IMG/VR virus record: IMGVR_UViG_3300025663_000002
Location: 13,979 to 77,978 of that record
Direction: 5' to 3' (one strand)
Length of the DNA stretch: 64,000 nucleotides
Source: a virus
Lineage: Duplodnaviria; Caudoviricetes
The position numbers were made by a program, and so were the translations under genes. Positions 29,142-39,141 of this stretch are shown piece by piece. Below the pieces are notes generated by a model. It saw nothing but the letters and a program-made list of their open reading frames with translations. It searched no databases and was not told where the DNA came from. Positions within the stretch are counted from its first letter, which is position 1. Every line of letters begins with the position of its first letter.

Positions 29142-32100
29142 ATGTCTATTACATTGGATACAATTACCCATGCGGTCAACTCGTTTAACGACATTCCAGA
29201 CGTTACGTTCAACTCTATTGACATTGGCGAGTTTGCTAACGACGTAGAAATTTATACTAATACCCCTGCGGTAATGATTCCTTCTAAATTGAATGCTATG
29301 GCAGGTTCAATGAAGACTTGGTTGAATACCAATATTGCAGCACCATTAGAAGCACAACAAAATACCTTTAAAACGGAAGTAGTTGTACGTACTAATGAGG
29401 CAATGACTGCTGTTGAAACTTATATCAATAACGAAGTAAAATCTTTTGTTAATGATATTTTTGTTCCGTGGGCAAACAACTCTGGTGTATTACTTGCTGA
29501 TAATGCTAATACATTAGAAGGAAACGTTACTACTACATTAGGTCAATTAACAACAGACTATACTATCCACGTAGCAGCCCAAGACGCTATTATCGCTCAA
29601 GCACTTCAAAGTTTTGAAGATAACCTTGCTCAATACACTGGTGATTCTGGTGCTGGTTACTCTATTCATCAAACAAATCAGTTAATTGCTGACCAAACGA
29701 TGACCAAAGATATTTCTTTAGATAACTATAAGTTTGACGAAAACGGAAATGTTACATATTTCAGAGAAGGTGATTTTGAAACTCATCATATCGTATATAA
29801 CGCAGAAGAACAAATTATTTCTTACGGCGAAACTTTATCTATTTCTGGTGAAGCAAGACCTTTTGTAAATCATCAAATCCTAGGGTATGATGAAAGTGGA
29901 CTTAAAACTTCGATTGAGCAAGTTAAATCATACAACTTCTTCATCAACACAGACGCATCTAATATCAAATCTTTTCGTGCTACGGGTAATGAGAAAAACG
30001 GTGATGCAGCTTTGGACTTAACTATCCTTAATAACACTTCTGTTGCAGACACGGACAACCCCTCAATTTTATTAACAAGAGGCACGCCGGTTATTATGAC
30101 ATTCGAAGGAATTATTGCTGGAGATTTTGTTTCTATAGAAGACGGTTCTGGTAACGTTTATGATGATGGTGTTAGTGGACAATATGCCATGGATTCTGAC
30201 ACTATTACATTCAAACCATATAAGTCGTACTGTCATGACGGTGTTTCTGGTGCTACGGGTTGGGGTGTTGTTTCAAACATGGGTGCTTCTGAAATTGATG
30301 GTGATAATTCAGGCGCTTTCCAAGACCCAGACTTATGTGAAAAATACTTCACACCAAATGTTTCTATTTTGGACGACTTTACACGTGAATATGAGTTTGT
30401 AACTGCAGGGGAAACTTATGACAGTGCACTTTCTGATGGTTTAATTTATAAAGTATTCATCTCCGACGACTCAGGTTTCTCTGATACATATTCATACACA
30501 ATTGACCACAACAGTAAGTTAGGTACTGGTGCTATTGTGAACGCAGTATATGACGACGGTTGTTCTGATATCACAATTACAAATGGTGGTAACGGTTTCT
30601 CAAACGGAACTATTGCTCGTATATTTGATCAAGATTCAGTTGCCACTCCGGCAGTATGTGCTATCACTACTGGTGATGGTTCTATTGGTTCGGTCAATAT
30701 CATAAATGGTGGTGCAGGGTACAACGGTTTCTGGAGAATTAATTTACCTGATATCGGAGGATTAGGTGCTCATACACACATTATTGAAGTTTCTCAAGCA
30801 GAAGTGAATCAAATTAAAGCAGGTTCACCTATTACAAAAACAACACTAGACGCAGGGCATACTCATGATGTTACAATGTCATGGAACTCATTTGTAGAAG
30901 AATTTAATTTTGATGTATATGATGTTGTTGCGGGCCATGAACATGGACCGATCTCTTCTTCTAATGAAATTAACCCTGATATTCAATTACAGTTTATCGG
31001 TGATGGCACAAACGCCGCTGGTTATATTGTATTAGACGAGTCAGGAACGGTTGTTGATGTTATTATTACTAATTCTGGTATTGGATACACTAATATAACG
31101 GTTCAAACTTTAGGTGGTGCAGCCACAACGGATGCTACATTAAGTGGAAACTTAGTAAATGGTGCGGTTGTTTCTATTAACGTAAATACTCCAGGAGCAG
31201 GTTATACTGACTCTACTGCGGCAACAATCAATGTAGGAATTACATCAAGTTTATTTAACCCTTCTGAATTTACAGCTAAAGTGGGTGATACAATCCACTT
31301 CACTAATAATGATGCTGCAGCTCATACAGTAGAAAACGTTGAAGGTGCCTTTGCTTCTCCTTCGTTACCACAATCTGCTACTTGGGATTATGTTATTACT
31401 AAAGACACAGATATTACTGATATTTACAACCTAACGGGTTCTGGTATCGCACAAGACGGTAGAATGTATGTACGTGAAAATACTACATTCATTGATATCG
31501 TTTCAAATACTGGTGGTGGTTTACGTGCTAAAGGTACTATTAACGCTGCAGGCACATTGACTAACGTTGCTATTATAGAAAAAGGTTTTGGTTATACAAA
31601 TGCAGATTCGGTAAGAGTTATTGACGTATCAGGTACTGGTGAAGGTGCTTACGCTACTGCAAATATAGACCGTAAAGTGATTGATATTACTATTGATAAT
31701 GGTGGTGCTGGTTATGATGCAAATACTAGAATTCTTGTAGTTGACCCTTCAGGTAGAGACGTAAATGGAACTAAAGTATTTGGTTCTGGTGCTGTTATAA
31801 CCCCTACTATTGACGCAAGTGGTACTATTACTGCTATTACGGTTAATAATCAAGGTTCTGGATACACAGACGTAGACTTCATTGTTCATGATGCTTCTGG
31901 GTTGGGTGCTGGTTTAGTATTAACTCCAAGTGTAGATTCATATGTAGAAAGTATTACTATGACCGCTCGTGGTGCTGGTTACACAAACCCTATTTGTATT
32001 GTTTCTGATTCAGTAGGAACATATGGTAATGGAAATGATGCAGGTAATTCTACTCAAAATAACGTTGCTGGTAACTTATTCACATCTACTGCTATCCTTA

Positions 32101-32615
32101 ACGACGGAATCGGTTCGATTGTTGTTGTTGATGGTTGGAAAGATTATGTTGCAGGAACTCAACGTGTTACTATTGTTGATATTGATCCAAACCCTACTGG
32201 GTTTGGTGCTACTGCTACTGCTTCGTTGAATGCGGGTGGTGCGGTTTCTGGTATTACAATCACAAATTCTGGTACTTCATACAAACAACCACAAGTTACA
32301 GTTGACGGTGAGGTTCTATATTTTGGTGCTGTAATTAATGCAGTAAATACCAACATTGCATTATTCGGACCAGAAGGTAATACTAACGCAAGTCCATTCG
32401 CAGCTAATGGAGTATCTGATACTAACTTTAAGAACGGTGTTATGATTCAGTTTGGTAATGATGGTGGTCACTCAATTAACGACTCATGGACGTTTAAGTT
32501 ACAGACATGGAAGAAAGGTACACCAGGAACACTAACATATAAGACATACCAATATGATGGTAGTTTAATTAACACACAGGGCACAATATCTTTAAGAGAT
32601 ATTTGGGAAGCTTAA
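29142..32615 (+). CDS. Virion structural/fibre protein (1157 aa) with Gly-rich I-x-x-G-x-GY repeats, one HxH triplet and a degenerate cupredoxin-like segment
   Basis: Late promoter and AGGAG SD; repeated ITNGGNGF/IINGGAGY/ITNSGIGY/VNNQGSGY motifs typical of T4-like structural proteins. Confidence 0.85.
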   Translation: MSITLDTITHAVNSFNDIPDVTFNSIDIGEFANDVEIYTNTPAVMIPSKLNAMAGSMKTWLNTNIAAPLEAQQNTFKTEVVVRTNEAMTAVETYINNEVKSFVNDIFVPWANNSGVLLADNANTLEGNVTTTLGQLTTDYTIHVAAQDAIIAQALQSFEDNLAQYTGDSGAGYSIHQTNQLIADQTMTKDISLDNYKFDENGNVTYFREGDFETHHIVYNAEEQIISYGETLSISGEARPFVNHQILGYDESGLKTSIEQVKSYNFFINTDASNIKSFRATGNEKNGDAALDLTILNNTSVADTDNPSILLTRGTPVIMTFEGIIAGDFVSIEDGSGNVYDDGVSGQYAMDSDTITFKPYKSYCHDGVSGATGWGVVSNMGASEIDGDNSGAFQDPDLCEKYFTPNVSILDDFTREYEFVTAGETYDSALSDGLIYKVFISDDSGFSDTYSYTIDHNSKLGTGAIVNAVYDDGCSDITITNGGNGFSNGTIARIFDQDSVATPAVCAITTGDGSIGSVNIINGGAGYNGFWRINLPDIGGLGAHTHIIEVSQAEVNQIKAGSPITKTTLDAGHTHDVTMSWNSFVEEFNFDVYDVVAGHEHGPISSSNEINPDIQLQFIGDGTNAAGYIVLDESGTVVDVIITNSGIGYTNITVQTLGGAATTDATLSGNLVNGAVVSINVNTPGAGYTDSTAATINVGITSSLFNPSEFTAKVGDTIHFTNNDAAAHTVENVEGAFASPSLPQSATWDYVITKDTDITDIYNLTGSGIAQDGRMYVRENTTFIDIVSNTGGGLRAKGTINAAGTLTNVAIIEKGFGYTNADSVRVIDVSGTGEGAYATANIDRKVIDITIDNGGAGYDANTRILVVDPSGRDVNGTKVFGSGAVITPTIDASGTITAITVNNQGSGYTDVDFIVHDASGLGAGLVLTPSVDSYVESITMTARGAGYTNPICIVSDSVGTYGNGNDAGNSTQNNVAGNLFTSTAILNDGIGSIVVVDGWKDYVAGTQRVTIVDIDPNPTGFGATATASLNAGGAVSGITITNSGTSYKQPQVTVDGEVLYFGAVINAVNTNIALFGPEGNTNASPFAANGVSDTNFKNGVMIQFGNDGGHSINDSWTFKLQTWKKGTPGTLTYKTYQYDGSLINTQGTISLRDIWEA

Positions 32616-32646
32616 TACAAAGATATTACAATAGGAGTAAATTCAA

Positions 32647-33900
32647 ATGGGAATGGACATATTAACCCTCGGGAAAATCAAAAAGATTGACGATAAGATC
32701 GACGGTGTCAATATTAACGTTGACGCTAAAATTGCACAACTAGAAATTGACACAAACACGTCGATCAGTGGTAGTGCATCTGATACAGCAAGCGCTGTTG
32801 CAACATTAACTTCTGACATGAACACGGCGATTGCCGCAATCAACGTTAATACTGTTACTGGTGATCACGCGGTTAGTGGGAATCAAACTACAGTTGGTAC
32901 TGTTACAGCAAATACCTTTGTTGGAGATGGTGCTCAATTAACAGGACTAAACCCATTCCCAGATACTGCTTCATTACAGTCAGACGCATATTTAATGGCC
33001 AATCCTGCAGGGACAGTCTTTTGGGCAGAAACTGATTTTAAATTAAGAATAGTATATACTCAGGGATACATGATGGGTGGTTACCAAGGTAGTTCTCCTT
33101 GGAGAAATGTGAATAGAACTGTACACGCAACAGATATCACAACAAACTTAGGAGACGTTCTTGCACGATCTGGTGGTTATTGTACTGGTGGATTTTCTGA
33201 CCTAGATGCGTTCTTATATGGATCGGGCAACACTATGGGTGCTTCGGCAAATGTTGAAGGATTCCATATGTTCTCCGAGACAGGGTTCTCTGTAAATAAT
33301 ATGACTGCATCAAGAAATGACTCTGGCGAATTCCAAAACCAAGAAGGAACTATGGCATATATTTATGGTGCTGGAACTGGTAATGTTGATAGACATAACT
33401 TCTCGTCTGGGTCGTTTACTAATATATACAGTGGAGATTCGTCAGACCATCAAAATTCAAATCAATGGGGTGACGACCTTCATGGGTTCCGTTCTAAAGG
33501 TTCTCAAAAAATGAATTTTTCAACAGAAGCTTGGAGTGCTTTTGCTAATGTTGTTGGTGCTCAAACTCACTCTAAAACTCTTCCTTCTAAACACGGTAGA
33601 ATGTATATCGAAAACAACGGAAATAGTACAAGTGGAAGTCAGGTAGTAAAATACAACACTACTACATTCTCGGGTGCTAATACTGGTAACTTTAAAGCAG
33701 GTATTGGTGGTGAGACTAACTTTGAAATCGGACAAGAGCACGGGTATGGTTTAGGAGATTGTGGATCACATGGTTGTCAGTCTAATCACTCATACAAAAC
33801 ATATTATCATTCAGACTCACATACAGTTCTTGGTGCAGCTGGAGAAATTAAAGGACACCCTGGAGCATCTTCGGGTGGTTGCGGAACAAGAGGAGCATAA
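32647..33900 (+). CDS. Fibre-like protein with N-terminal coiled coil and C-terminal Kelch-like beta-propeller
   Basis: GYMMGGY..SSPWRNVN, AFLYGSG, MAYIYGAG, GYGLG repeated blade-start motifs; AGGAG SD. Confidence 0.7.
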   Translation: MGMDILTLGKIKKIDDKIDGVNINVDAKIAQLEIDTNTSISGSASDTASAVATLTSDMNTAIAAINVNTVTGDHAVSGNQTTVGTVTANTFVGDGAQLTGLNPFPDTASLQSDAYLMANPAGTVFWAETDFKLRIVYTQGYMMGGYQGSSPWRNVNRTVHATDITTNLGDVLARSGGYCTGGFSDLDAFLYGSGNTMGASANVEGFHMFSETGFSVNNMTASRNDSGEFQNQEGTMAYIYGAGTGNVDRHNFSSGSFTNIYSGDSSDHQNSNQWGDDLHGFRSKGSQKMNFSTEAWSAFANVVGAQTHSKTLPSKHGRMYIENNGNSTSGSQVVKYNTTTFSGANTGNFKAGIGGETNFEIGQEHGYGLGDCGSHGCQSNHSYKTYYHSDSHTVLGAAGEIKGHPGASSGGCGTRGA

Positions 33901-33902
33901 TA

Positions 33903-34640
33903 ATGTATATTTTATATAAAGAATCAGGCGCAGGATACCCAGCGTCAGTAGTACCTAAGTTTAATGTTAGAGGTAGAATAATCGCCCAGGTGGACGCAAA
34001 CGACCCTATCAATTTCATCAAAGGTAATGTTAAAACCTTACCAGACAATATTGTTGAAACAGGCGCAATGTTTGTAGGAAAATGGAAAGATAAATATTAC
34101 ATATTAAGTGACGGACAACATTCTTCATCAAAGGAAACTAATGATGACGAAAAGGTTGATGTTGAATTGTCAGACGAAATAAAAGCAGCTTCTTTAAGTA
34201 TCTTAAAAACTGTATTGATTTCTAATGTTGAAGACGTATTTGATTTTAGGTTTAAAGGATTAAACGCAGACGTTCCTGAACTAGAATATTCAACTTGGTC
34301 TGCTCAAGTTAAAGAATCAGACGCATATTCTGCAGACGACTCTGTTGCCACTCCAGTTCTTGATGTTTTATCAGAAGCAAGAGGAATTAGTGTTGCAGAC
34401 TTGGTTGCTAAAATTTCATCTAACGTTGCTTCTTATAATATTGAGGTGTCTACTCTACTCGGACAACAGCAAGCAAAGGTTGACGAAATAACGTCCATTG
34501 ATAATGTAAAAGACCTATTGGAATGGGATGAAGTTAATTTTGGTATTGAAATGCCATATAAAATCGCAGTCGAAAAGGGAGTTTCTTTTGAAGAAGGAGT
34601 TCTTCGTTCTACTCCAGTCATAACCGAAGTAAAGTTTTAA
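33903..34640 (+). CDS. Tail-fibre assembly/chaperone-like protein
   Basis: Start re-assigned to ATG 33903 after GAGGAG; EYSTWSAQVKESDAY...TPVLDVLSEARG resembles fibre-assembly proteins; follows a fibre gene. Confidence 0.65.
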   Translation: MYILYKESGAGYPASVVPKFNVRGRIIAQVDANDPINFIKGNVKTLPDNIVETGAMFVGKWKDKYYILSDGQHSSSKETNDDEKVDVELSDEIKAASLSILKTVLISNVEDVFDFRFKGLNADVPELEYSTWSAQVKESDAYSADDSVATPVLDVLSEARGISVADLVAKISSNVASYNIEVSTLLGQQQAKVDEITSIDNVKDLLEWDEVNFGIEMPYKIAVEKGVSFEEGVLRSTPVITEVKF

Positions 34641-34703
34641 ATAAAACTCGTTAAAAAATCCCATATATATATTTGTAGATAAGTAAATTATTATGAATAT
34701 ATT

Positions 34704-34919
34704 ATGGGATTTTTAACACCTTTAAGATACATGTCAGCAAGTACCATTGTTGCGGCGATGTTTTTACACAGCCAGCCACACCTTTTTCCATATAACGTAT
34801 ATATTCACATGGTGGGAGCCATGTTATGGACTATTGTGGGGTTGTCCAGTAAAGATCGCGCGATACTTTTGAATTTTGCACCACAGATTCCTATTTTAGG
34901 AATCGGTATGATATTATAA
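34704..34919 (+). CDS. Small membrane protein (DUF6552-like, recalled similarity)
   Basis: Hydrophobic segments; FPYNVYIHMVG..LWTIVG....DRAILLN pattern. Confidence 0.6.
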   Translation: MGFLTPLRYMSASTIVAAMFLHSQPHLFPYNVYIHMVGAMLWTIVGLSSKDRAILLNFAPQIPILGIGMIL

Positions 34920-34950
34920 ACCAAACTAATTATATTATGGAGAACAAACA

Positions 34951-35700
34951 ATGAGCAATACAATCAAACTAAAAGAAAGTAGCCTATACTCAACATTAGA
35001 CGAATTTGGTCGGGAATTATTAGACTATTCGATGAATAGAACACAAGGGTATTCAAAATTTCAAATGGAAAACTTTGTAATTAACCCCGCAATTACCAAT
35101 TACAGAAAAATGGATCAAGTTATGCTTGAGATCGAAAGCAGAACTCAAGTAGAACGTACTATTGTAATGGAAATTAAAACAAACAAGATTAAAATCGATA
35201 TGTTAAAAGAAGATATTGAATCGTTTGAAGGAAGGAAAGGCAATAAACAACTACTTGAGATAGAATTAGAACGGTTGGAATATGATTTAGTGGTTAATAC
35301 CAAAAGGCATAAGCAAGCATTCATGGAATTAGAAACGTTAATAAGTATCGTTTCTGATAACTTTGAAACGACAGAAGAAGTAGTTTCGATGCTTGAAGAC
35401 GACATTGAAGAAAAGGAAGAAAAGTATTGGGTCACTCGTATGGCTAAACAAGCTGCAATGGATATGGTATCATCGGGGAGAATTGGTGTTGGTAATATGG
35501 ACGCTATTGCTGGTATGCCCGAAGATAAACAAGTAGAAACTCTTGCTGTCGCATTACAATACAATCAAAGACTTAATGACGGAATGTCTCAAATCAACTC
35601 AAATGTATTGGAAGGTCTTCATACAAACGAAGGATCGTTGCCAAAGTTTGACGTTCCTTCTATCACTGATAAATTATTGGTGAAATTGGATGATGAATAG
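34951..35700 (+). CDS. Hypothetical coiled-coil protein
   Basis: GGAG SD, 249 aa ORF with heptad-rich centre; overlaps the start of the U32 gene. Confidence 0.8.
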   Translation: MSNTIKLKESSLYSTLDEFGRELLDYSMNRTQGYSKFQMENFVINPAITNYRKMDQVMLEIESRTQVERTIVMEIKTNKIKIDMLKEDIESFEGRKGNKQLLEIELERLEYDLVVNTKRHKQAFMELETLISIVSDNFETTEEVVSMLEDDIEEKEEKYWVTRMAKQAAMDMVSSGRIGVGNMDAIAGMPEDKQVETLAVALQYNQRLNDGMSQINSNVLEGLHTNEGSLPKFDVPSITDKLLVKLDDE

Positions 35701-37408
35701 ACTTTTTAGTTTACCAATTAATTCAAAATTAAACCTACAACAAACAGACCAATTCATATCAGAAGTAAGTGAAGTAAAAGGATACGTCCACGATTTATAC
35801 TTCACTTGTAGGATGCCTCCATTTACTCAAGATGCGATGGGTGATATTTTTGAAGAAAAGGACTTTGTTCAAGTTGCGTTTAATGCTATGACTATTGGCA
35901 AGACTTTGGGTATTCCTGTATCTGCAACGTTTAACAACATACACATTTCCCCCAAACAAGAAAACCTTAATACTTTTATAGAATACTTCAAACCTTTATA
36001 TGATATGGGTGTAACTACGGTAACTATACCCCACAGTCTTTGGATGGCAGGTGGACAACTCAAAAAGGCATTCCCTAAATTAACAGTAAAGAATACAATA
36101 ATCCGTGATGTACACACTCCAAGCGAGGTTGTGTATCTAGGAAAGGTTGGATTTGATTTGGTCAATTTGGATAGAGATTTGATGAGGGATAAAGACACCT
36201 TATTGAAAATTAAAGAAGCACGAGATTTTGTAAGGAAGGTGTATAATCCCGACTTTAAAGTTTCTTTGTTGGTGAACGAAGGGTGTGTTGGTGAATGCCC
36301 AGTAATGGACGAACATTTTACATTCAATTCAACAAGGGTTGCAGACGATGTTCCATATTTCTTCGATACAATAAGTAAAAACAGTTGCCCTAAATGGGAA
36401 ACCGAAGACCCTTCGCACAGTTTAAAGATAGCAAACCTATCACCTTGGAAAGAGGATTGGGACGAATATATAAATGAATTAGGTATTGACGTATTTAAGT
36501 TGCACGGAAGGGAAGACCTAAGAAGACAATTTGAAAGTATAGAATTAATAAAACGATTCAAAGACAACGAGACTTTTGTATTCAAAGACTTCGAGAGTTA
36601 TATAGGTGAGTCTAATTTAGAAAACAAACCAATTAAGGTTTGGAGAGATAAGATTAGAAATTGCAAATTCGATTGCTGGAAGTGTCATTACTGTGACGAC
36701 GTGTCCAACGCCAAACGCGAAGACGAATTTTACACAACACACCCATACGCAGAACACGTTAAATCTTCGTTAATAGAAGCATTTGAATTTGATGGAGTGA
36801 TGAACGATATTGTAGGTTTGACTTCAGAAAAGGTTAAATTCTTATTAAATAAAATAGGTTCTATGCCTGACGCAAGGTATTTAGAAATAGGTTCTTTCCA
36901 AGGAGCAACATTATGTTCTACTTTACAAGACAACTCGATGTCTGCAATAGCAGTAGATGATTGGAGCAGTGAGAAAATAGAACCGTTGAGAGATGTTGAT
37001 GGTTGGGAAAGTGAAGAAGAATTACCAAAAGACGTATTCATTAAGAATGTAGAAAGGTATGCAAAGAACAGTAATGTTACTGTTATGAATGGGAGGATGG
37101 AAGAGTTAAATGTTGAAGAATTTCCATTCAAACCTAATATCATTTTTTATGATGGACCTCATAGTTATACAGACCAATATCATATCTTTGAAAAACTAGA
37201 CGCAATGATTGACGATGTTTTCATTTGGATCACAGACGACTACAATTGGAGACAAGTGGAAGATGCTGTGTCTAGAGCATACACGGACATGAAATATGAA
37301 GTAATATATGATAAGAAAATATTCACTAAAGGGGAAGACCCAGAAGATTTCTGGAATGGATTGAGGGTTTCTGTACTACGTAAATCAATTAAGTTAAATA
37401 ATACTTGA
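35690..37408 (+). CDS. U32-family (Fe-S, TIM-barrel) domain fused to class I SAM methyltransferase (Methyltransf_24-like)
   Basis: NLDRDLMRD, LLVNEGCVGECP, DVFKLHGRE, CKFDCWKCHYC; C-terminal YLEIGSFQG, IIFYDGPHSY, DDYNW. Confidence 0.8.
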   Translation: MMNRLFSLPINSKLNLQQTDQFISEVSEVKGYVHDLYFTCRMPPFTQDAMGDIFEEKDFVQVAFNAMTIGKTLGIPVSATFNNIHISPKQENLNTFIEYFKPLYDMGVTTVTIPHSLWMAGGQLKKAFPKLTVKNTIIRDVHTPSEVVYLGKVGFDLVNLDRDLMRDKDTLLKIKEARDFVRKVYNPDFKVSLLVNEGCVGECPVMDEHFTFNSTRVADDVPYFFDTISKNSCPKWETEDPSHSLKIANLSPWKEDWDEYINELGIDVFKLHGREDLRRQFESIELIKRFKDNETFVFKDFESYIGESNLENKPIKVWRDKIRNCKFDCWKCHYCDDVSNAKREDEFYTTHPYAEHVKSSLIEAFEFDGVMNDIVGLTSEKVKFLLNKIGSMPDARYLEIGSFQGATLCSTLQDNSMSAIAVDDWSSEKIEPLRDVDGWESEEELPKDVFIKNVERYAKNSNVTVMNGRMEELNVEEFPFKPNIIFYDGPHSYTDQYHIFEKLDAMIDDVFIWITDDYNWRQVEDAVSRAYTDMKYEVIYDKKIFTKGEDPEDFWNGLRVSVLRKSIKLNNT

Positions 37409-37433
37409 CTTTTGCATCACGATATGGTATAAT
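37405..37433 (+). promoter_or_regulatory. Sigma70-type promoter with extended -10
   Basis: TTGACT (37405-37410), 17 bp spacer, TG-n-TATAAT (37428-37433) upstream of the halogenase. Confidence 0.85.
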
Positions 37434-37468
37434 ATAATATGACATTACAATAATAATACAATAATAAG

Positions 37469-38989
37469 GTGAATAAAATAATCAACTCAATAACAATAGT
37501 AGGAGGAGGTTCTACTGGTTGGATAACAGCCGCCCATCTATCTAAAAACTTACCATCTAACGTAGATATAACGTTAATCGCTTCTAGTAAAATTGGCACG
37601 ATTGGAGTGGGGGAAGGAACTCAACCATTTACTACTGCATTTTTACAAGAATGTGGATTACAGCCATGGGATTGGATGAAAGACTCCGATGCTACCTTTA
37701 AGTTGGGTGTAGAGTTTGTAGGTTGGTCAGACAACCCAATTTTTATCGACAATGATACTCAAGAAATGGCAGTGCTTGGTCCAGGAATAATGATGCATGA
37801 TTATGTATTAGGAAAGAATATCTCCAAAAAAGACTTTGCAAATTGGACACCTTCTTATAGGTTGGCAAAAGAGAACAAGTCCCCTAAATGTGGTGATCCA
37901 AGGTTAGATTTCACCCAAGGGTACACATCATTACCGTGGGACGCGTATCATTTTAACGCAGATCGGTTAGGGGAGGTATTAAAGAAATCTTGTATAGACA
38001 AGGTTAAGTACATAGACGACCTGGTAACCAACATAGAAACTGACGATAATGGTATTGCCTTCTTAGAGACAGAACATAATGGGTTATTAATATCGGACCT
38101 TTATATCGACGCAACTGGGTTTAAGTCTATGTTATTAGAGGGTGCACTAGGAGAAGAATTCGACTCCTTAGAGGACACTTTATTATGTAATCGTGCGATT
38201 GCAATACCTACACAATACAAAGACAAAGAACAAGAGATGCACCCATATACTAAGTCTATTGCAATGAAATCTGGTTGGAGGTGGGCTATACCAACGTTCT
38301 CTCGGATAGGAAACGGTTACGTATATTCTGATAAATATTGCACCCCAGAAGAAGCGGAGCAAGAATTGAGAGAATCAATTGGTGATTTTGATACTCCTGC
38401 AAATCATATTAAAATGAAAACAGGAACACATAAGAATATAGCAATCAAAAACGTATATGCTACTGGACTTGCGGCTGCCTTTGCAGAACCACTAGAAGCC
38501 ACGGGTATTACGTTTTCAACTAAGGGTGTCCAAAACCTAACGTCAGCTTTGTTAAATAACAATATGCAATATAATGAAAAGGTGGCCAAATGGTTATCGG
38601 ATGAGTATCATATGCAGGTAAATGAAATTGTAGATTTCATATTCTTACACTACCACCTTGCACCTAAGAACGACACACCGTTTTGGAAAGCAGTACACGA
38701 AATAGATATTCCAACAACAACACAATCAATCTTAGATAAATTTGTAAATTCACCACCTCACCATTTAACAGAAAAACCACTGTTTACTATGTTTCATGTT
38801 GGTCAATGGTTTGAACTGATACATGGATTTGGTGCATATGATAATGAGCCGTTAGGAAAGGAAGTTCAATTTGACATCAATATAGAAAATTATGGTGATA
38901 TTATGTGGGAAACATATACTTCTAGAACAGACAAAGAAATTGAATTATTTCCGAATCATTATAAATATTTACGAGACTTTTATCAATAG
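37469..38989 (+). CDS. Flavin-dependent halogenase, tryptophan-halogenase (PrnA-like) family
   Basis: GGGSTGW FAD motif, IGVGEGT, DATFKLG, YIDATG, GWRWAIP (WxWxIP), GNGYVYS, FAEPLEATG; GTG start. Confidence 0.9.
   Translation: MNKIINSITIVGGGSTGWITAAHLSKNLPSNVDITLIASSKIGTIGVGEGTQPFTTAFLQECGLQPWDWMKDSDATFKLGVEFVGWSDNPIFIDNDTQEMAVLGPGIMMHDYVLGKNISKKDFANWTPSYRLAKENKSPKCGDPRLDFTQGYTSLPWDAYHFNADRLGEVLKKSCIDKVKYIDDLVTNIETDDNGIAFLETEHNGLLISDLYIDATGFKSMLLEGALGEEFDSLEDTLLCNRAIAIPTQYKDKEQEMHPYTKSIAMKSGWRWAIPTFSRIGNGYVYSDKYCTPEEAEQELRESIGDFDTPANHIKMKTGTHKNIAIKNVYATGLAAAFAEPLEATGITFSTKGVQNLTSALLNNNMQYNEKVAKWLSDEYHMQVNEIVDFIFLHYHLAPKNDTPFWKAVHEIDIPTTTQSILDKFVNSPPHHLTEKPLFTMFHVGQWFELIHGFGAYDNEPLGKEVQFDINIENYGDIMWETYTSRTDKEIELFPNHYKYLRDFYQ
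38960..38967 (+). promoter_or_regulatory. Possible late promoter in the halogenase 3' end, upstream of the permease
   Basis: Exact TATAAATA; may be chance in AT-rich coding DNA. Confidence 0.4.
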
Positions 38990-38993
38990 ATTA

Positions 38994-39023
38994 CCTCCAT
39001 ATAATTAAGTAGTTATATGGAGG
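38994..39023 (+). terminator. Intergenic hairpin after the halogenase
   Basis: cctccatataa (38994-39004) / ttatatggagg (39013-39023) perfect 11 bp inverted repeat; no U tract. Confidence 0.5.
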
Positions 39024-39141
39024 CGATTTCGACTCATAATAACCAAACGACATTAGTGTACGTCTTAATCAGAAAATAATTATCTGGACTCACTTTACAC
39101 AGTTTTGGATATTATCAATTAAATGATAAGGAGAAATAAAA

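Noticed and set aside
37439-37471. In-frame ATG upstream of the halogenase GTG separated by two TAA codons (possible recoding)
   Set aside because: TAA ends most genes in the window; the stops come from a short tacaataataa duplication
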